A program made the position numbers and the translations under genes. Below, in pieces: positions 1 to 14,048 of a stretch of 64,000 nt of DNA (its first letter is position 1; the number at the start of each line of letters is the position of its first letter). Source of the stretch: Ascidiella aspersa (lineage: Eukaryota); the NCBI GenBank assembly GCA_963924565.1, contig OZ004614.1, positions 8,804,001-8,868,000 of the forward strand, given 5' to 3'. Below the pieces are notes generated by a model. The model had not been told where the DNA came from. It saw only the letters and a list, made by a program, of their open reading frames with translations, and made no database searches.

Positions 1-3000
1 TAGTTTAATTAAACCCATTTTCAATTTTAAACTATATATTGTCAGGTAAAATTTAATATCGGCCCGCCGAAACATTTTAGGTTTAGCTTATAGACACGCG
101 TCTATAGAAAAAGGTTGCCGAACTCTGATCTAGGTCAAAGGCTTAGACCTATAGGCTTATAAGAGTTCTGTCGGAGTAAAACCTCATCTGGTAAAATGTG
201 CATCAACCTATCAACTGAGCCTGAAATCGGTAGAACTGTCAACCTGTTTTTTTTTTTCTATTTTTATACCCCATTTCTATTTTTATACCCCACACTGCTT
301 CGTCTGACGTAACATTTCCAATTGTTAAAAGACGCTGTGAAGCTTGATCGCTTATAAGAAAACATTATTCCTATGCATAAGCTGACAATCGCAACCAACA
401 TAAAACACATTTGTCGATCAAAACTTTAAAGGTAACGCAACAATGAGGTCTATGTGTGTGAGTTTCAGGTAAGTTACGACTCTGTTAGCAAGTATAACTT
501 AACGCTTTACCAATGCAGTGTGGTAAATAAATAATCGTGTACCAAGGAAGTATTATATTGTTCACTGACAGAGATCATTATGTTGCCCTTAATCGTTTTA
601 GAGCGCGCATTTTCTATTTGTTACGTCACACAACGCATTGTTTTAATGACAAAACACGTAAGTGCTAAATCGGTTTAAAGTATTGGTACGTTTTGTTGGT
701 GATTACTGATTACTGACGCATTTTGTACTGATTAAAAAAAACGCCCTGGAATTTTGAAAGTTCGGCGCCTATGCGAAAGTTCGGCGCCTATGCGCGTGGT
801 AGCAGTATTTGACGCCCAACGAAATAAAACCTCGTCTGAAAAGTAATCTGCTTAGTGTTCAAACGGCGACAACAAATGCGATGTTTTGCGAACTCTGTCT
901 AAATTTTGCGTGGTTAAATATACTGCTAAAGTTTTAAACTTAAGTCTTTACTTGGAACGTTGCACACGTTCGGTTACAATAAATTTCATAACATGTTGTG
1001 TTTTTTTGCCTTGAGCCTAGTGTTTACACCAAAGCGCTGGTCGTCCCTTGTTTTATAAGGATTGAAATTAATTTACTCTTTTCACACGGTTTTTTATACA
1101 CAGCAACAAAATATGTAGTGACATTTATCGATCCAGAATTGCTAACAAACGCCCTAAATATAAAAGTTGCTTACTCATGACCGTTTTGCGACGGCGCTCG
1201 TTTGAGATGCGAGACTTTCTCTCATGGAAAGAAACAAATTTTTTTCTGTCTGGGAGCACACGACTTCTTTCTATTTTTCCCACTTGCTCGGCGACTCGCT
1301 TAAGAGGGAGCAAAATGAGTCACGGTTTCTCTGTCTGTCTCCCTAATACGCGAACATGCAGCCGACTCACAAACATTCCATTTTATTATGTTTAGATTCG
1401 GGTATAAAACAAAATTTGATCCTGACAGCAAAATGTAACGTATCCAAAATAACATTACCACAAAATGTAAAGCAGGGGTTTTCATTTTTCTGGTTTGAAT
1501 TATAGTACACAAAAACGAAAACATGTACCTACGCAAAATAATCACCTTCCCTCTTAGTTTTACTTTGAGCATTGTCACATGACACAATACAATAAGTCTC
1601 ATTAAAATACATACTGAACTTGCTTTGACACAGATAAGGGGACGAAGATTTGTAACGCATTTTGCCTAACTATAACTACCGAAAAAACAAACTTTTCGCT
1701 TTACTGGAATCTTATTTCACCCTACTGTGTTTTACTCAACAAAATTTTTTTGTGATTTTTTTAAATAAATTAAAGTTTTTTTACTGAATCCAGAAACACA
1801 AAATGTTTTCGCGTCTTGCGCATTTGAGACAATGGTTCGACATTACAACGTTTTTCCTTTTGACGTATTATGCCATAGTTGCCATTCTAGATTATTTGAA
1901 TCTATAGATCTAGACCAGTGGTTCTCACCCTTTTATGCTTCGTCGCCCCTTTGAAAGACTCTCGATGGCCACCCTGCTTATAAAAATAACAAGCATTGTG
2001 TTTAACGTATTTATTTGTTTTACTTCTTCACCTTAATAACAAATACAGCCGTTAATAAAAGAATAAATGCACTAACTTTTAAATTTAAATTAACCTAGTT
2101 ATAGTCACTACAAATCTTCTTCTACGCCCCCAAGGTATTTTTTATATTCGGCTCTGTTTTGTACTATGCCAAGCGATGTCACTACAATCGTCGTGATTAT
2201 TTCTCAATTTTCGTTTGATTAATAATGCGTTGCTATTAGCCTACTTAACAAATAAGTGTGCATGAACCGCTGAATGTTGGCATAAAAATGTCTAGGAGTC
2301 TTGACACCCCCCTTTGAAATCACAGTAAACAATGATCACAAAACTAAAACCGTGATTGCTGCGACATTGCATCAGTCACATTGCACCTGGCATTAAAAAC
2401 ACGCCGGTGCTTATCGCCGCCATCGCCTAATCACTCGTTATCGTGGTTGTATTTAGCATTTCGCCTGCCACCAACTCAAGTAGTCTTAAACAGACCTGAT
2501 AACGAAAATGTATTTTATTGTTGAAGAGAACATTTTCAACAACGTAAAAAAACGAGCGTGTAAGCTACAACAAACGTCTTTCTCAATCTCGAAAAGGAGC
2601 GCTTGGCCGTCGCAGTTTGAAACATAGATTAAAACGTCGGCGAACTATAGCTTCCCGCTAAACTGATAATTAACGGCCGTCTTACCGTAAATTCAGTAAT
2701 AAGCCACGTTTGTGTTTTTCTTGAACAGTTTCAGCTAAATAATTTAAACTAATTATTCAAAACTGCGATTTTGAAGCCACGCTTCATACCATCGGCGAAA
2801 TTAAACTACAAATATCACCAAATTTGTTGATAAGCTTCGTTTCGCCTGGCAGGAGTGTCGACGACGCACGTGTTCGCTTTTCCTGAACATTAGTTGTTTC
2901 TGATTAGATTGTTTTATGACGTCACACCGACACTGTTTTATGACATCTTTTTTCAGTAACTTCAGACGTAAAATAGGGTAATTCCCTAAGTTGAAAACTC

Positions 3001-3705
3001 GGAACACACTCCTTTTAAATGGTTACGCTACGCGCCTGTTAAATAGGTATAAAGTATATGTTTAAAATAAATTTAACCCTTAGCATTACAAATGTCACTT
3101 GATAAGTGAAATTCACTTTTAATATTCTGTTATTGTCGTCAGGCCATCAACCATTTTTTCTAATTTATCTCACCGTATGGCTTAACACAAGTAATATAAA
3201 AAATTGTGCAGAACACTAAAACCGAAGCAGAGAAAGAGAAACACAATCCTGGTTATTTAGATGAATTCATGTGGTGCTGACAGAAGAATGAAAAGGGTAT
3301 TATCCGAAGGTACAGATTGTAAATGTTTGAGTAGTTTTTCATCTAGTTTGTTTTGTTTCTTTGTGCCCAAATTGAGGGTTTCCATACCTAAAAAGAACCT
3401 TTCATGGTTAGAAACTGATAGTTAAGTTTCATGGATGGCTGTATTTATTTGTATTATTGATGTATCTTCAGTTATTTGTCCAAACGTATATCTTAATGCT
3501 AAAAAATTTGTTCAAAATAAAATTCCTTACTATTCTTACCTTGTAGGTTTTTATTATAAAGAATAACAAATCCATGACATTTAAACCAAGTCTATTACTG
3601 TGTTTAGGACATTGGCTGGAAATACTCCAAGCTTTGTTTAAAAACAACCGAAAATCATTTTGTTTAGTAGATTTTGTTAAATACATGTGTGATGTATACC
3701 TAAAC

Positions 3706-4412
3706 CGGTGGTTTTAAAAAAAAATTAAAATTTTTTTCAAAATTTTTTTTCCACATTTTTTTTTTGACCAATTTCTTCGGTTTTCTGTCTGATTCTTTGG
3801 CCGACATAGTCGCTAAGTCGCCAGCTTTCTGCCATGCTGAGTATAATGTTACAAAGGTACAACATTAAACATTAGTCTTACAACACCTGTTGTTCTTGAG
3901 CAAACTTATATGCACATAACCAGCTCAAATGCAGTTAAATCACAAGTAACATAAAAAAATACTGTTTTTGTTAAAAACTTTAATTAAAATGATCATAAAA
4001 GACATTTAAATATTGATATAAATAACGGTATTTATATTCTATTTTAACAGAAATTATACTGTAGACTTCATGAATCATATGACTTGTAATGCCATAGAAT
4101 GCGTATAGTCTTTTGTATGAATGGATTTAAGTAAACAGATTAAAATTTGTGCAATAAAATTTATCCTTACATAGTTAAACTTGGCTGAGAGAATAGGGGA
4201 GTGGTATAGTCTGGTGGCCCTGTGATGCAACAAAGTACAAAGATAAAAACTCGCTGTACCAACTCTAATTACAGTAGAACAAGTGTACGACTATAACATG
4301 GCCCACAAATGCATAATAGAAATAAAATACTATAAAAAAATAGCTCCTTACATATAAAAAAAGCCTAAAAGACCAACATTTGGGCTGCCAGGCCACAGTT
4401 TTCCGACCACTG
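3706..4412 (+). mobile_element. Probable hAT MITE (left boundary ambiguous; another hAT-like end at 1916)
   Basis: Right end TTCCGACCACTG followed by ATCTAAAC; left CGGTGG preceded by ACCTAAAC. Confidence 0.5.
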
Positions 4413-5765
4413 ATCTAAACAATGAATTATATATATTTTCAGTCCTTTACCTTTCTATATTCTAAAAAATTTTAGCTTTTTTTGGTGACTGTGGTTATGT
4501 GTGAAGCATAACCCTCACTTGAATGTAAGTTATGGCAATTTAATCAAAAGTTGCGAAGCAGGTGTATAATATTTTGTGGCATTATTTACATATGGGGATG
4601 CAAAACTCCAACCTGTAGGTGCACAATTCTGATTTTCATGGACACTGTTTCATAGGTTGGTTTTACTCGAACTTGTGTGCAAACATGCAGCTGAAATCCA
4701 GTATAAGTTTGCGATGCAAGACAAATGGCTTTTATTTGGTTAAATTGGTAGAAATTTTGAAGCGACACATTAGGCTCATAAAAGAGATTCGCATATTGCC
4801 GGAAATATAGGTATTTATAGTCCAATTTAATGGAAATTGAAAGTTCTGATTTACATAACAAATCATTTCATTTCTGCTTTGCGCTTTTGTGCTCATCAGA
4901 TTTGCCTAATACATAGACAGGACAGGAACATAGCAAAACTCAATTAGTACGCACGAGGCATTTTTTTGCATTGATGTAATTTAAAACAGACAAAGAATAT
5001 GGTGTTAAAACAGACAAAGAATATACAAACTATATTGTAGCCAGTGCGATTTGACCCACCGGTGACTCGCATAATTTTTAGCAACTTATCGAGTAACGCT
5101 TAACTATTTGCTTTGTGTGATAGATCATAGGTTATATTGTGAGTAATTTCTGCTTAATTGTTGCAAAATGAATCCAGCATCGTTTTATGGGGTTGTGGTT
5201 GTCGTATATTTTTCAGGGCCCTATTTGTATGGGTGGTTCAATAATTGGGTTATTATAAATAGGATTGATTACCAGGTTAATTTTTTATTATTATATATTA
5301 CACTTTGGTTTATTTGTTATATGGCACTAAAAATATTGTAATTTTAGCAAAGTTCTTTCAAAACTATATCTGAAAATTGGGTAGTGGCTGTTAAACTTCT
5401 TTAGGTTTTCCTGTCCATTAAATTGCCAAAAATATACTCATGTTTATTTCTTGGTTGAGTAGTAAAAATTAAATTAAAAGCGAATCAAATGCCACTCTAT
5501 TATGTCATTTGCCATTGTGACTTTACTGGCATTTGCTTATTTTATATAAATAAATAAGTTGAGTCCTCGTAAATATTATAGCGTCGTTTGTATTGTGTAG
5601 TATTTTAAGTAAAGGATTGTACAGCATAATATTTAAAAGTTATTAAGGTGCGACAGTTTTAAAGGCTTCGTACATTTTGTTTAACAACGCTTGTTTGGAG
5701 TAAAAGCTTCCGCGCTCATGATAATTAATTAATTATTATCGTTTCCTTACTTGTGTTTTCAACAG

Positions 5766-7216
5766 AAGTCATCAGATGCTGCTTTTGCATTGACATTTTC
5801 CGCCGAAATTGTTTCCCAATCTTCCGGACTTATTTGTCCAGAGGTAAGTTAGCCACATGTTACATTATAAATATACATCTTGCGCCTATCAGTAAATAAC
5901 CAACAGGCTGTTATAACCGATTTGTTAAACGTGAACAAAATCTCAGACAAAACTGTTGATGTAACGCAAATGTGCACAACACAAGTTCCAATTAATTTAC
6001 AAAATTGTTGTAACAAAATTTAGTCTTGAGGTCTCTGCAAAGTAGCAAAAAAAGTGACGCCCTTCCGAGAGCAAAATTACCTTTTATGGCTTGAATGAAA
6101 AATATTTTAGCCTATAAGGAAACGTGATGCATTGCCACAGTATTTTACGCTAGGGATTCTCAGCATTTTATGAGTGGTAGCCTCCTAACATGTACTTTTG
6201 TTATTTTGCGACCACTCTATTCACGTTTTAACAAACTCTCCCTACGGAGGCGCACATTACTGAATAATTTTTCGTCGTTCTGTAAAAAACACATCTGCCT
6301 TATTATGATTCAATCTTTTCATTTTAAACTTCATTAAACAGAAAGCTGATGGTGATTTAGCGTCGACTTTCTCTGTCGAGACAACGTCCACCCTACCGAA
6401 GCCTCGTCTCCTGAGGTGAGTAAGGTTCTGTGACATTATATGTTAGGATTACCAAATATGCTTCAGTATGCCAGCGTGGGTTGACATATACTTACACATT
6501 AACTTTAGTTATTTCACAAAAGCCAATATTGTTTCCATATAACGTTAGACTTGTGTTGTTAGAACACCCGTTTGCCTTATTCTGTTCTTCCAACTAACCA
6601 AGCTAGAAAGACTTCCGGAAGTTTTGTTTCCAATTTCAAATAAGGCCTTGTTTATTTCATTGTAAAGTTGTCTTTTGAGATGCGAAAAAACATCCATTAG
6701 TAAAGCATTAGTTTTTTAGTTGCTACGTTTTACCGGATCAGCTTGCGTTGCCGTCTTCAAGTTTTCAAAAAAGTTCTTTTACGGCCCATAACATAGGCTG
6801 GAATATTGTAACATTTAAGCCTTACATCGCCCCATACAGGTTATCATGAAAATGGCCTAAAATTCAGCAAACATGTTATGATAAAAATGCAATGTTTTAA
6901 CCACTCTGAAGTTATGCGTCGGTTTTCTTGCAGAGTTCTTGTTTTGAGCTTCCAAAGATCGAAGGGAAAAACTCGGGTTATTCAAACAAGGTAAGCTGTT
7001 AAACTAACTCATGGCAACTCTGCAATTTTATTTTTCATACTATAAATTATTGCGCTCATTGCTTATACCAAAGTTTATTTTTTTATTTTACGCATAAAAT
7101 TGAGGAAAAACAGCCAATAATGACAAAATTTCCTGTTTAAATCTGAGCGAATTTTCCTAGGCGATGAAGCATCCCATTCTAGTAAGGTTGTTCGGAAAAA
7201 ACCTCGACTCGTTTAA
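5766..7216 (+). pseudogene. Four-exon 3' fragment of an unidentified gene (5766-5843, 6342-6415, 6934-6990, ~7148-7216), frameshifted in exon 2
   Basis: Phase-0 GT-AG exons KSSDAAFALTFSAEIVSQSSGLICPE | KADGDLASTFSVETT.. | SSCFELPKIEGKNSGYSNK | RIFLGDEASHSSKVVRKKPRLV*; synonymous differences from the paralogous copies support this frame. Confidence 0.6.
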
Positions 7217-8369
7217 ACGTTAGTGTCTGGCAGTTGTGTTTCATGACAACTCTTTTGCATTATACAGTAGTTCGGAGGTAAGTTAAATGTTTACTTTATT
7301 ATATAAATCGACACAGAAACGTAGCCACATGGCTTTACTGCAAGATAATGTTGACGTAATTGACATCGGTTCGACCTTCGTGGAGCAGGCAATTCAGTTC
7401 TGCCGCATACACATGTTTGTCCATGGGCTTACCTTACTTTTTTTGCTTTTAGTTCCTTCCGATTATACAAACTGATGCAGAGTCGTCTGTGTACCAAGTT
7501 GAAGCAACAGCAAGCGAAGTGAGGCTTGATGATTGTTGTGTTTCAGGCGACCTACTTTCCCCAACTTTCAATGTTGAGTTGGATACCATCAGCGATTCAA
7601 AGCCGAGTAAAACACATATTTCGTTCATTTGTTTTGGACGGTCGACAATTTTAAATGTTTTGTTCTTGGGTTCACCTCATTGAGTTTAATAATGCTAACT
7701 TTACAAGCCATTGATACCTCTCTGATGGTGTCATTCGTCAGCCAAGAGCTATAGCGAACCTACAAAATCTCCTATCTCATCCTAAACTTTCAATGGCATA
7801 AAAAACATATTTATTCAGAATTTAGGAAAAAAAATATTTAGCCATCACTCTAAGACAGTTCTATATTTTATAAATATCAAAAAAAAAAATATATATATAC
7901 ATATATATATTAATATTGAATATTTATATTCGCCGAATATTACCTGATAAAGAGATTTGCCAACCGTTTGACCAACAAATTGGGATAGGCCTTGATCTCA
8001 CCTTTGTAGCGATGCTACACTTGATGTCACTTATTATTATTGGGTTAGGGTTTAAATGGACGATAACCAAAATTCATACTTATAACTGATGGCGATAATC
8101 GTTAAACACCTGAAGCTCGCACAGTTCAAATAGGGACTGGACGAAATTTTAGCACGGCTGTTAAGCCAAGCGTTGGAGCACGGGCATAAATAATATATAG
8201 ATATTACTTGTTTATTATATTATTTTTAGATTATAAGGGTCATATTGTATTAAAAACAAACAAAAACAGATTTGAGTATTAAAATTAACATTTAACTTTC
8301 CTGAGGAACACTGTAGGATGCAAAAGTGTTGCCTGGAAAAGCAATTGCTAATTTAGCAGGCACCATCGG

Positions 8370-9193
8370 TCAAGGATTTTTCCGAACAACCTTTCTGGCA
8401 TGAGGTGTTTTATCGCCACGAGAAAGTTGCTAAAATTTAAATATGATATACGATTTAATGCATTAAGTTTAACGCGTAAAACAACAAAATAGCATTCTTT
8501 ATAGAAATTAACGCAGTAATTTATGAAATATATAATTGCATAGTTGATGTGTGGTAACTTAACGTCTTACTTCGTTGGAAGAACCCGAGTTTTCCTCTTT
8601 GATCTTTTGAAGGTCGAACAAGGGCTCTGCAAGACAAACGGCCGCATGTGTCAGTGTATAGGTTTATAAGGGTTCACCTACCGTATTTTTCAATATCTGT
8701 TAACAATTTAAAACTATAGTAAAGTTAAAAAAGTTGCCTGCCAAAAAGGATCGATGCAAAAAATCATTTGATAATCTTAATATGCTACGTCACGGGCTGT
8801 GACGTCAACGAACCTTGCTCACCTCGGGAGACGAGGCTCCGTTAAGGTTGACTGTTGTCTCGACCGAGAGAGTTGACGCTAAATCTGCATCAGCTTTCTG
8901 TTTAATGAAGGGTATAAACGGTTTTAAAGCAGTGGTTCTCAACTGGGGTCCGCAAAACGTTTTCAGGGGGTCCGCAGAAAAAACTTATAAATATACTTTT
9001 ATTGAATTAATTAACGCTGGGAAACATGCTTAATAAAATCGTTTATAACAGTCTCATGGTTATTTACTAATACGCGCAAGATGTATATTTATAATGTAGC
9101 ATGTGGCTAACTTACCTCTGGACACATAAGTCCGGAAGATTTGGAAACAATTTCGGCGGAAAATGTAAATGCAGAAGCAACATCAGACGATTT
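8370..9193 (-). pseudogene. Inverted paralogous copy of the four-exon fragment, frameshifted in exon 3
   Basis: KSSDVASAFTFSAEIVSKSSGLMCPE | KADADLASTLSVETTVNLNGASSPE | 56-nt exon | QLSRGDKTPHARKVVRKNP*. Confidence 0.6.
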
Positions 9194-10659
9194 CTGTTGA
9201 AACCACAAATAAGGAAACGATAGTAATTAATTAATTATCATGAGCGCGGAAGCTTTTACCCCAATTTAGCGTGGTTAAACAAAATGTAAGAAGCCTTTAA
9301 CTGTCGCCCCTTTTAGGCACTTTTAAATATTATGTTGTACAATCCCTGTGTAGGTTTGCTGAAGCACGTGTCACAATCTCTATAACCTATGGTTGCAATT
9401 GGCCTGTAAAGTAATGCATGCTTTCATGGTCGGTTGATAGCTATTTTATCAGTTGCCCGGCCTAATATGAACATTAACAAAAAATCAGTTGTAAAACTAG
9501 ACTGGGTATGAGGTTGTTGTATATTTTGCCTGGGGGGTATAGTGCGGTACTACTGTATATTCAAACAGCGCAGTGTTGCTAAATTTTGTCAGATTGGTAT
9601 TAGGTAGTTAACTGTATTCCTCCAACGAGTCTTGTTTGTCGCTTTCCATATGCTACCAATGATATTTTCCGTTTCGATGCTTTAGCAGGCAAATACGGAC
9701 GTGGCCCGAAGTTGCGTGTCATTTTTGGGCATGGTGTTGCGCCACAAAGTAGATTGCCAGTGGACTTTGTGAGAGAAGTTCATTGAAAAATCTATTTATT
9801 TTTAAATTTTTTAGCCACTATAAACCCCCAAAAATAGTTAAAATTCAATTTTGGCCTAGATGTTCGAACTGTGATCCATTATATAGCATTTACTAGTTGT
9901 GAACTGTGATCTATTATATAGCAGTTACTTTCAATGTAGCCGTGCAGTGCGACCTAATCATTTTTTCATTACTTGCAGGTAACCTTTACCTGATCAAAAT
10001 TGTGTGTCTATCAAATGTAATTGTACGACAGATAACGTGTAATGCCAGGCGCAGACATTCCGCCATTTCCTTATATGCGTTAAGTTTTAAAATTTTCTTA
10101 TTATCAGAAATAGCGGTATAGCCTCGGACAAACTTTAGGTCAATTTTAGAAAGAATTAGTATTTGGACCGTGTTTTTGTTTGTTTTATATGTACAATTGT
10201 ACATAGTTATCCATCACAATTCCTTGTGAAATAGCTTTAAACAGACGTTGTTTATTATTTGTAATATTATGTTGTATTACATATATTAGCAAACTGTGTT
10301 GTATTTAATTGCTGTTTGCTGATTATAAACGGTATATTATGAGTATTTAACACCTCTGTTAAGTCTTTTCTTTGCACATTAGCCGTGTTTCCTTTTTTTA
10401 ACTCAACTATACATTGCACCCAGTAGCCTATTCTGCCCATGTTAAATAGCTCTAAGCACACACAAGACGCAGGCCAAATCTTGTCTGTTTGACTTTTTGA
10501 AAATTAACATTGCCTCATACTTCTAATTGGTGTGTTTTGTTTAGTAATGTTTTTCTGGATTTGAATTTTGTCTTGCAAACATGTTTATACTGTGACGCGG
10601 TTGTGTTTTGGGGCCTAAAACTGAATTTTATTAGTTAAAACGCATAGATGGCTTTACGT

Positions 10660-11436
10660 CAGGGGTCGGCAACCCTACGCTTGCCAAAAGTGGCACGCGA
10701 GATGATTTTTTAGGGCACGCCAAATGACGCGCACGTTATACCACCTTAAGAAAGTGCAACTATTTCATCACTATCACATCATTAACATATCATATCATTA
10801 TCACAAACGCTAACTAATAAATGGTTGCACACACTTTCCAGTTCGATCTTTTGCTCGTGTCACAATTCAGTGTCTTAACTGTTGTATTGGACGTTATTTT
10901 TTGTGGCGTGATGTTTAGTAGTTTACTGCGTTAAAGCAGGATATTCTACAATAAAAGTAGCACGTGTGAACTTATGAAATTAGGTTTAATGGCGCTTTCG
11001 AAGATGCGTAAATTAGATGTCAGATCATTAGTAAATTAGCAGATCACAGCAGGGCTGCGGAGTCGGTCTCGGGACTCGCGAAAGACTATAGGTAAAACTA
11101 CCCGAGTGCGACGGGTGCGCGTACGCAGTACAAATTTCGAAACTGATAAGGCAGCGAACTGTAAATTGTTACGGTGGAATATCAAACGGTGGCATATATA
11201 TGAGCCCTACGAAGGTTTGCTGAATATCCATCTTATTTTAGTTACGTAAATCGGTTAAATACAGGCTGTAGATTCTGAGCAGGATGCGGCATTCGATGAA
11301 ATTAATTGAGCAGGACTCTTGTTGTGTTTGGTTGCCAGTGAAAAGTCAAACAAAGAAAAATGTTTTACACGCGAGTTGTTGATAATAGAAATTATTCATA
11401 AACAGGCACACTGCATACGAAAGGTTGCCGTCCCTG
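10660..11436 (+). mobile_element. hAT MITE containing a fragment of the CAGGGCTGCGGAGTCG family
   Basis: CAGGGGTCGGCAACC...GGTTGCCGTCCCTG; perfect 8-bp TSD CTTTACGT. Confidence 0.88.
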
Positions 11437-11454
11437 CTTTACGTCATACATGAC

Positions 11455-11765
11455 ATATAATGGCCCTAGTTTGACCGGTGCTGCTGTTTGCAATCGCATT
11501 GTTTGTCCTGCGTTGGTGGTTCGGAATTGGGTTAGGGTTAAAATATTAGGGGAGTTAGTGATGTATTTGAGGTGGGGTTTGGGATTAGGTAAAATGTTGT
11601 ATAGGCCTTATTCTGGCCATTTTGGTCTTGTTCCCACAGGTTTCGGACTTATTCCGATTGAGACGGTATTCCGATTATTGGTTATTACACCTAGTTTAGT
11701 CTTACTCCGAAGTGTGTTTTTTAAGTTGATGTTGTTTTTATAGTTCCGCCGTATGGCTAAGTTCC
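11455..11765 (+). repeat. Dispersed repeat, second copy at ~55550-55880
   Basis: Shared GGTGGGGTTTGGG...GGTAAAATGT...AGGCCT.ATTCTGGCCATTT.GGTCTT core in both loci. Confidence 0.65.
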
Positions 11766-12035
11766 TTTTTGCATGTAATATTTTGGACTTGGATAACTCA
11801 ATTTAAAGAGATTACAGAATCTCCCGCTTAAATCCGCACCCGTTCAAGTCCACAAGAAAATCGGGATTCAAAGTTATGCTCGAAGTTGTTTACTTTTACT
11901 TTCTTCTGACATCAGAGCAGATCGTTTTTGAATATCTTCTCTAATTTGCCAAACTTTTCGAATAGCATTTTCATCTACATCGTACGTACTTTCCTGCAAG
12001 ACTTCGCTTACGAGGGTGGCCTGGGTAACTCAATG

Positions 12036-14048
12036 CAGGGGCGGATTAAGGCGGGGGCTGAGGGGGCTGCAGCCCCAGGCCCACCGCTAACAACTTAATA
12101 TGACCAACCGAGGTTATCTTTGTATAAAAAGTTATATTCTAGAGATATCACCACATCTTGTCTGTTTTAAGGCCGTCAGACTGTAAACTTGTGACGCCTG
12201 TGATTGTTTGTTACTACACAAATTAAGCTACTACAAATTTATACAGTGCCACTTGATTCCTCTATTTAGAATTAGACAAATACGGCCATATACAAAGATT
12301 ACAAATTTATAACAAACCACAATCGAGCTACCGTAAGTTATATTTAGCTCAGCCAGATTGTTACAATACCCAAAAATGGTGAATGTTTCGAATAATATTT
12401 TCGGTGTTGTGCCAGAATGCTTCGTAAGGTAACAAGCCTCATAGGCCACGCTAATAAAATTTGTTGTGCAGAGGAGTGTTACAAAAACATGTTAGAATGT
12501 GATGTAAGTATAAGGTTTGACGAAGTCATGTTTAATGCTAAATTACACATAAGACTAAAATATCAAAAAATACAGAAGTGGTTAGGAAAAGCGAGAATCT
12601 AGAAAAGAGAAAAAGTGCAATTGGTGAGCGAGGATAAATCTGAACACATCACCTGACGCACCAAACAGATTTGAAGAAGAATCGTGTTTGCTTTTTCCGT
12701 TTCTGGCGGAACTAGATACCAAATCTAACCGTAATATTAAAAAGTGTGCTAAAACTTTGCTTCAGTATTTTACACAGATGATCTGGAAAAATCACTGCCT
12801 GAAGAGATGATTCAATTTTCTTCACTGCTAAAAGAACACCATTTTAACGTAGAAAGGAACAAAGAAGCTCTAATGTTTAGATTTGTTAGGGAAAAAGAAT
12901 TCATGTATGCGTTCTGTGACCTGTCTATTGTATTAAGGATGCATCTTTTATCTAATGATTACCAATTGTTTAGGGCCTTAGGCGAACGCTTATTTTCGGT
13001 CCTTAAAAGAGTACCAAAATGCGTTTCACTCCAGGGGTCGGCAACCTACGGCCCGCGAATATAATTCATCCGGCCCGCCGCCTTTTTGACAAATTTGGCA
13101 GAGTTCATTTCACATACTTTTGTGACTATTTTAACTTCGTAATTGCAAAAAATTTCCTCGCTTTGCGTGAATGACCATTCTTCGTCCGGTTTGTTTACGT
13201 TTTGATGCTGCCTTTTCAACTAGATCAGCGATTCTTCACCGTTGCGCCGTAAGGCTGAGAAGTGCGTCGCGGAACAACGGAAAACGTATTCAAAAATATT
13301 GAAATATATTTTGTTAAGAATTTTCATTTTTTGTTTTCGGCAATGTAATAAAAACTTTCAAGAAATTTAAAAGAAATATCGGTATACCGAAAAAAATCGC
13401 GCTAAAAATCGCTCGCCAGGTGCGCCTTGACTTAAAACGCTTAACAACATTGAACACTGATCAACTTTAAATGTTATCGTGTTCCCTCAAAGTAGTTTTA
13501 TTACTCTTTTCATTAGTAGTATGAATGACGACGTGTGAACTCGAATGTTAAACCAAACAAAACCTTTTTTTCGCGCTTTGCGTCAACATTTTGCTGTCTC
13601 TGTAAATGTAACTCTAAACACGTTTTTAAATGCAAAACATATTCGAGTCTCCCCTGACTGACAGTTGATCTAACATTTCAATAACACAATTCTTAGTTAT
13701 CATTTTGTGAGGCCCGCAGAGACCTTTTTGCGTTTGGTTTTGGCCCGGGACTAGAAAAGTTTGCCGACCCCTGGTCTACTGTATGGGCCAAAATAGGTTA
13801 CATTCCTTAGCTCCACTCTGCATTAAAAACGAGGTTTTGGAAAGAAAAAAATAGACAGCTATGAAGTTATCCACAGCATTGCTTTATGTTAAGCTAGAAA
13901 ACATGCTAATTGAATCTGTTTGATAGGTGAATAAAGCAGTGGTATTTTATATTAATTGTGGTTGGAACAGTAAACAGAACGAAAATAGACCCATAGGCCT
14001 CTGGCTACCATACAGCCCCAGCTCCATGAAAACCTTAATCCGGTTCTG
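12036..14048 (+). mobile_element. Degenerate hAT element with transposase C-terminal (dimerisation domain) remnant
   Basis: TIRs CAGGGGCGGATTAAGG / CCTTAATCCGGTTCTG; TSD ACTCAATG/GCTCAATG; GERLFSVLKRV ... MGQNRLHSLAPLCIKNE split by a nested MITE. Confidence 0.8.
13032..13773 (+). mobile_element. hAT (Charlie-type) MITE nested in the hAT remnant; same family as 48991-49746
   Basis: CAGGGGTCGGCAAC...TTTGCCGACCCCTG termini; internal similarity to 48991-49746 and 20570-21159. Confidence 0.85.

Larger units (their letters stand above)
5614..9345. repeat. Long imperfect inverted repeat (arms ~5614-7210 and ~8370-9345)
   Basis: For example 5701-5900 is the reverse complement of ~9060-9260; both exons and introns align. 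Confidence 0.88.

Noticed and set aside
998-3686. Cluster of 60-100 aa ORFs at the window start
   Set aside because: Low-complexity AT-rich translations with no motifs or supporting splice structure
4440-5280. Several AG...GT-bounded segments that might be upstream exons of the + strand fragment
   Set aside because: No consistent frame, no paralogous copy in the window to confirm, no recognisable motif
6342-6990. Possible compensating frameshifts (-1 in exon 2, +1 in exon 3)
   Set aside because: The 62-kb copy also has a 57-nt exon 3, so 57 nt is ancestral and the exon 2 lesion is not compensated
7287-7683. ORFs conserved with 60370-60754
   Set aside because: Conservation is explained by the segmental duplication; the frames differ between copies and no family is recognisable
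11528-11545. Telomere-like GGGTTAGGGTT
   Set aside because: Fewer than two full units, inside a dispersed repeat; not an interstitial telomere array
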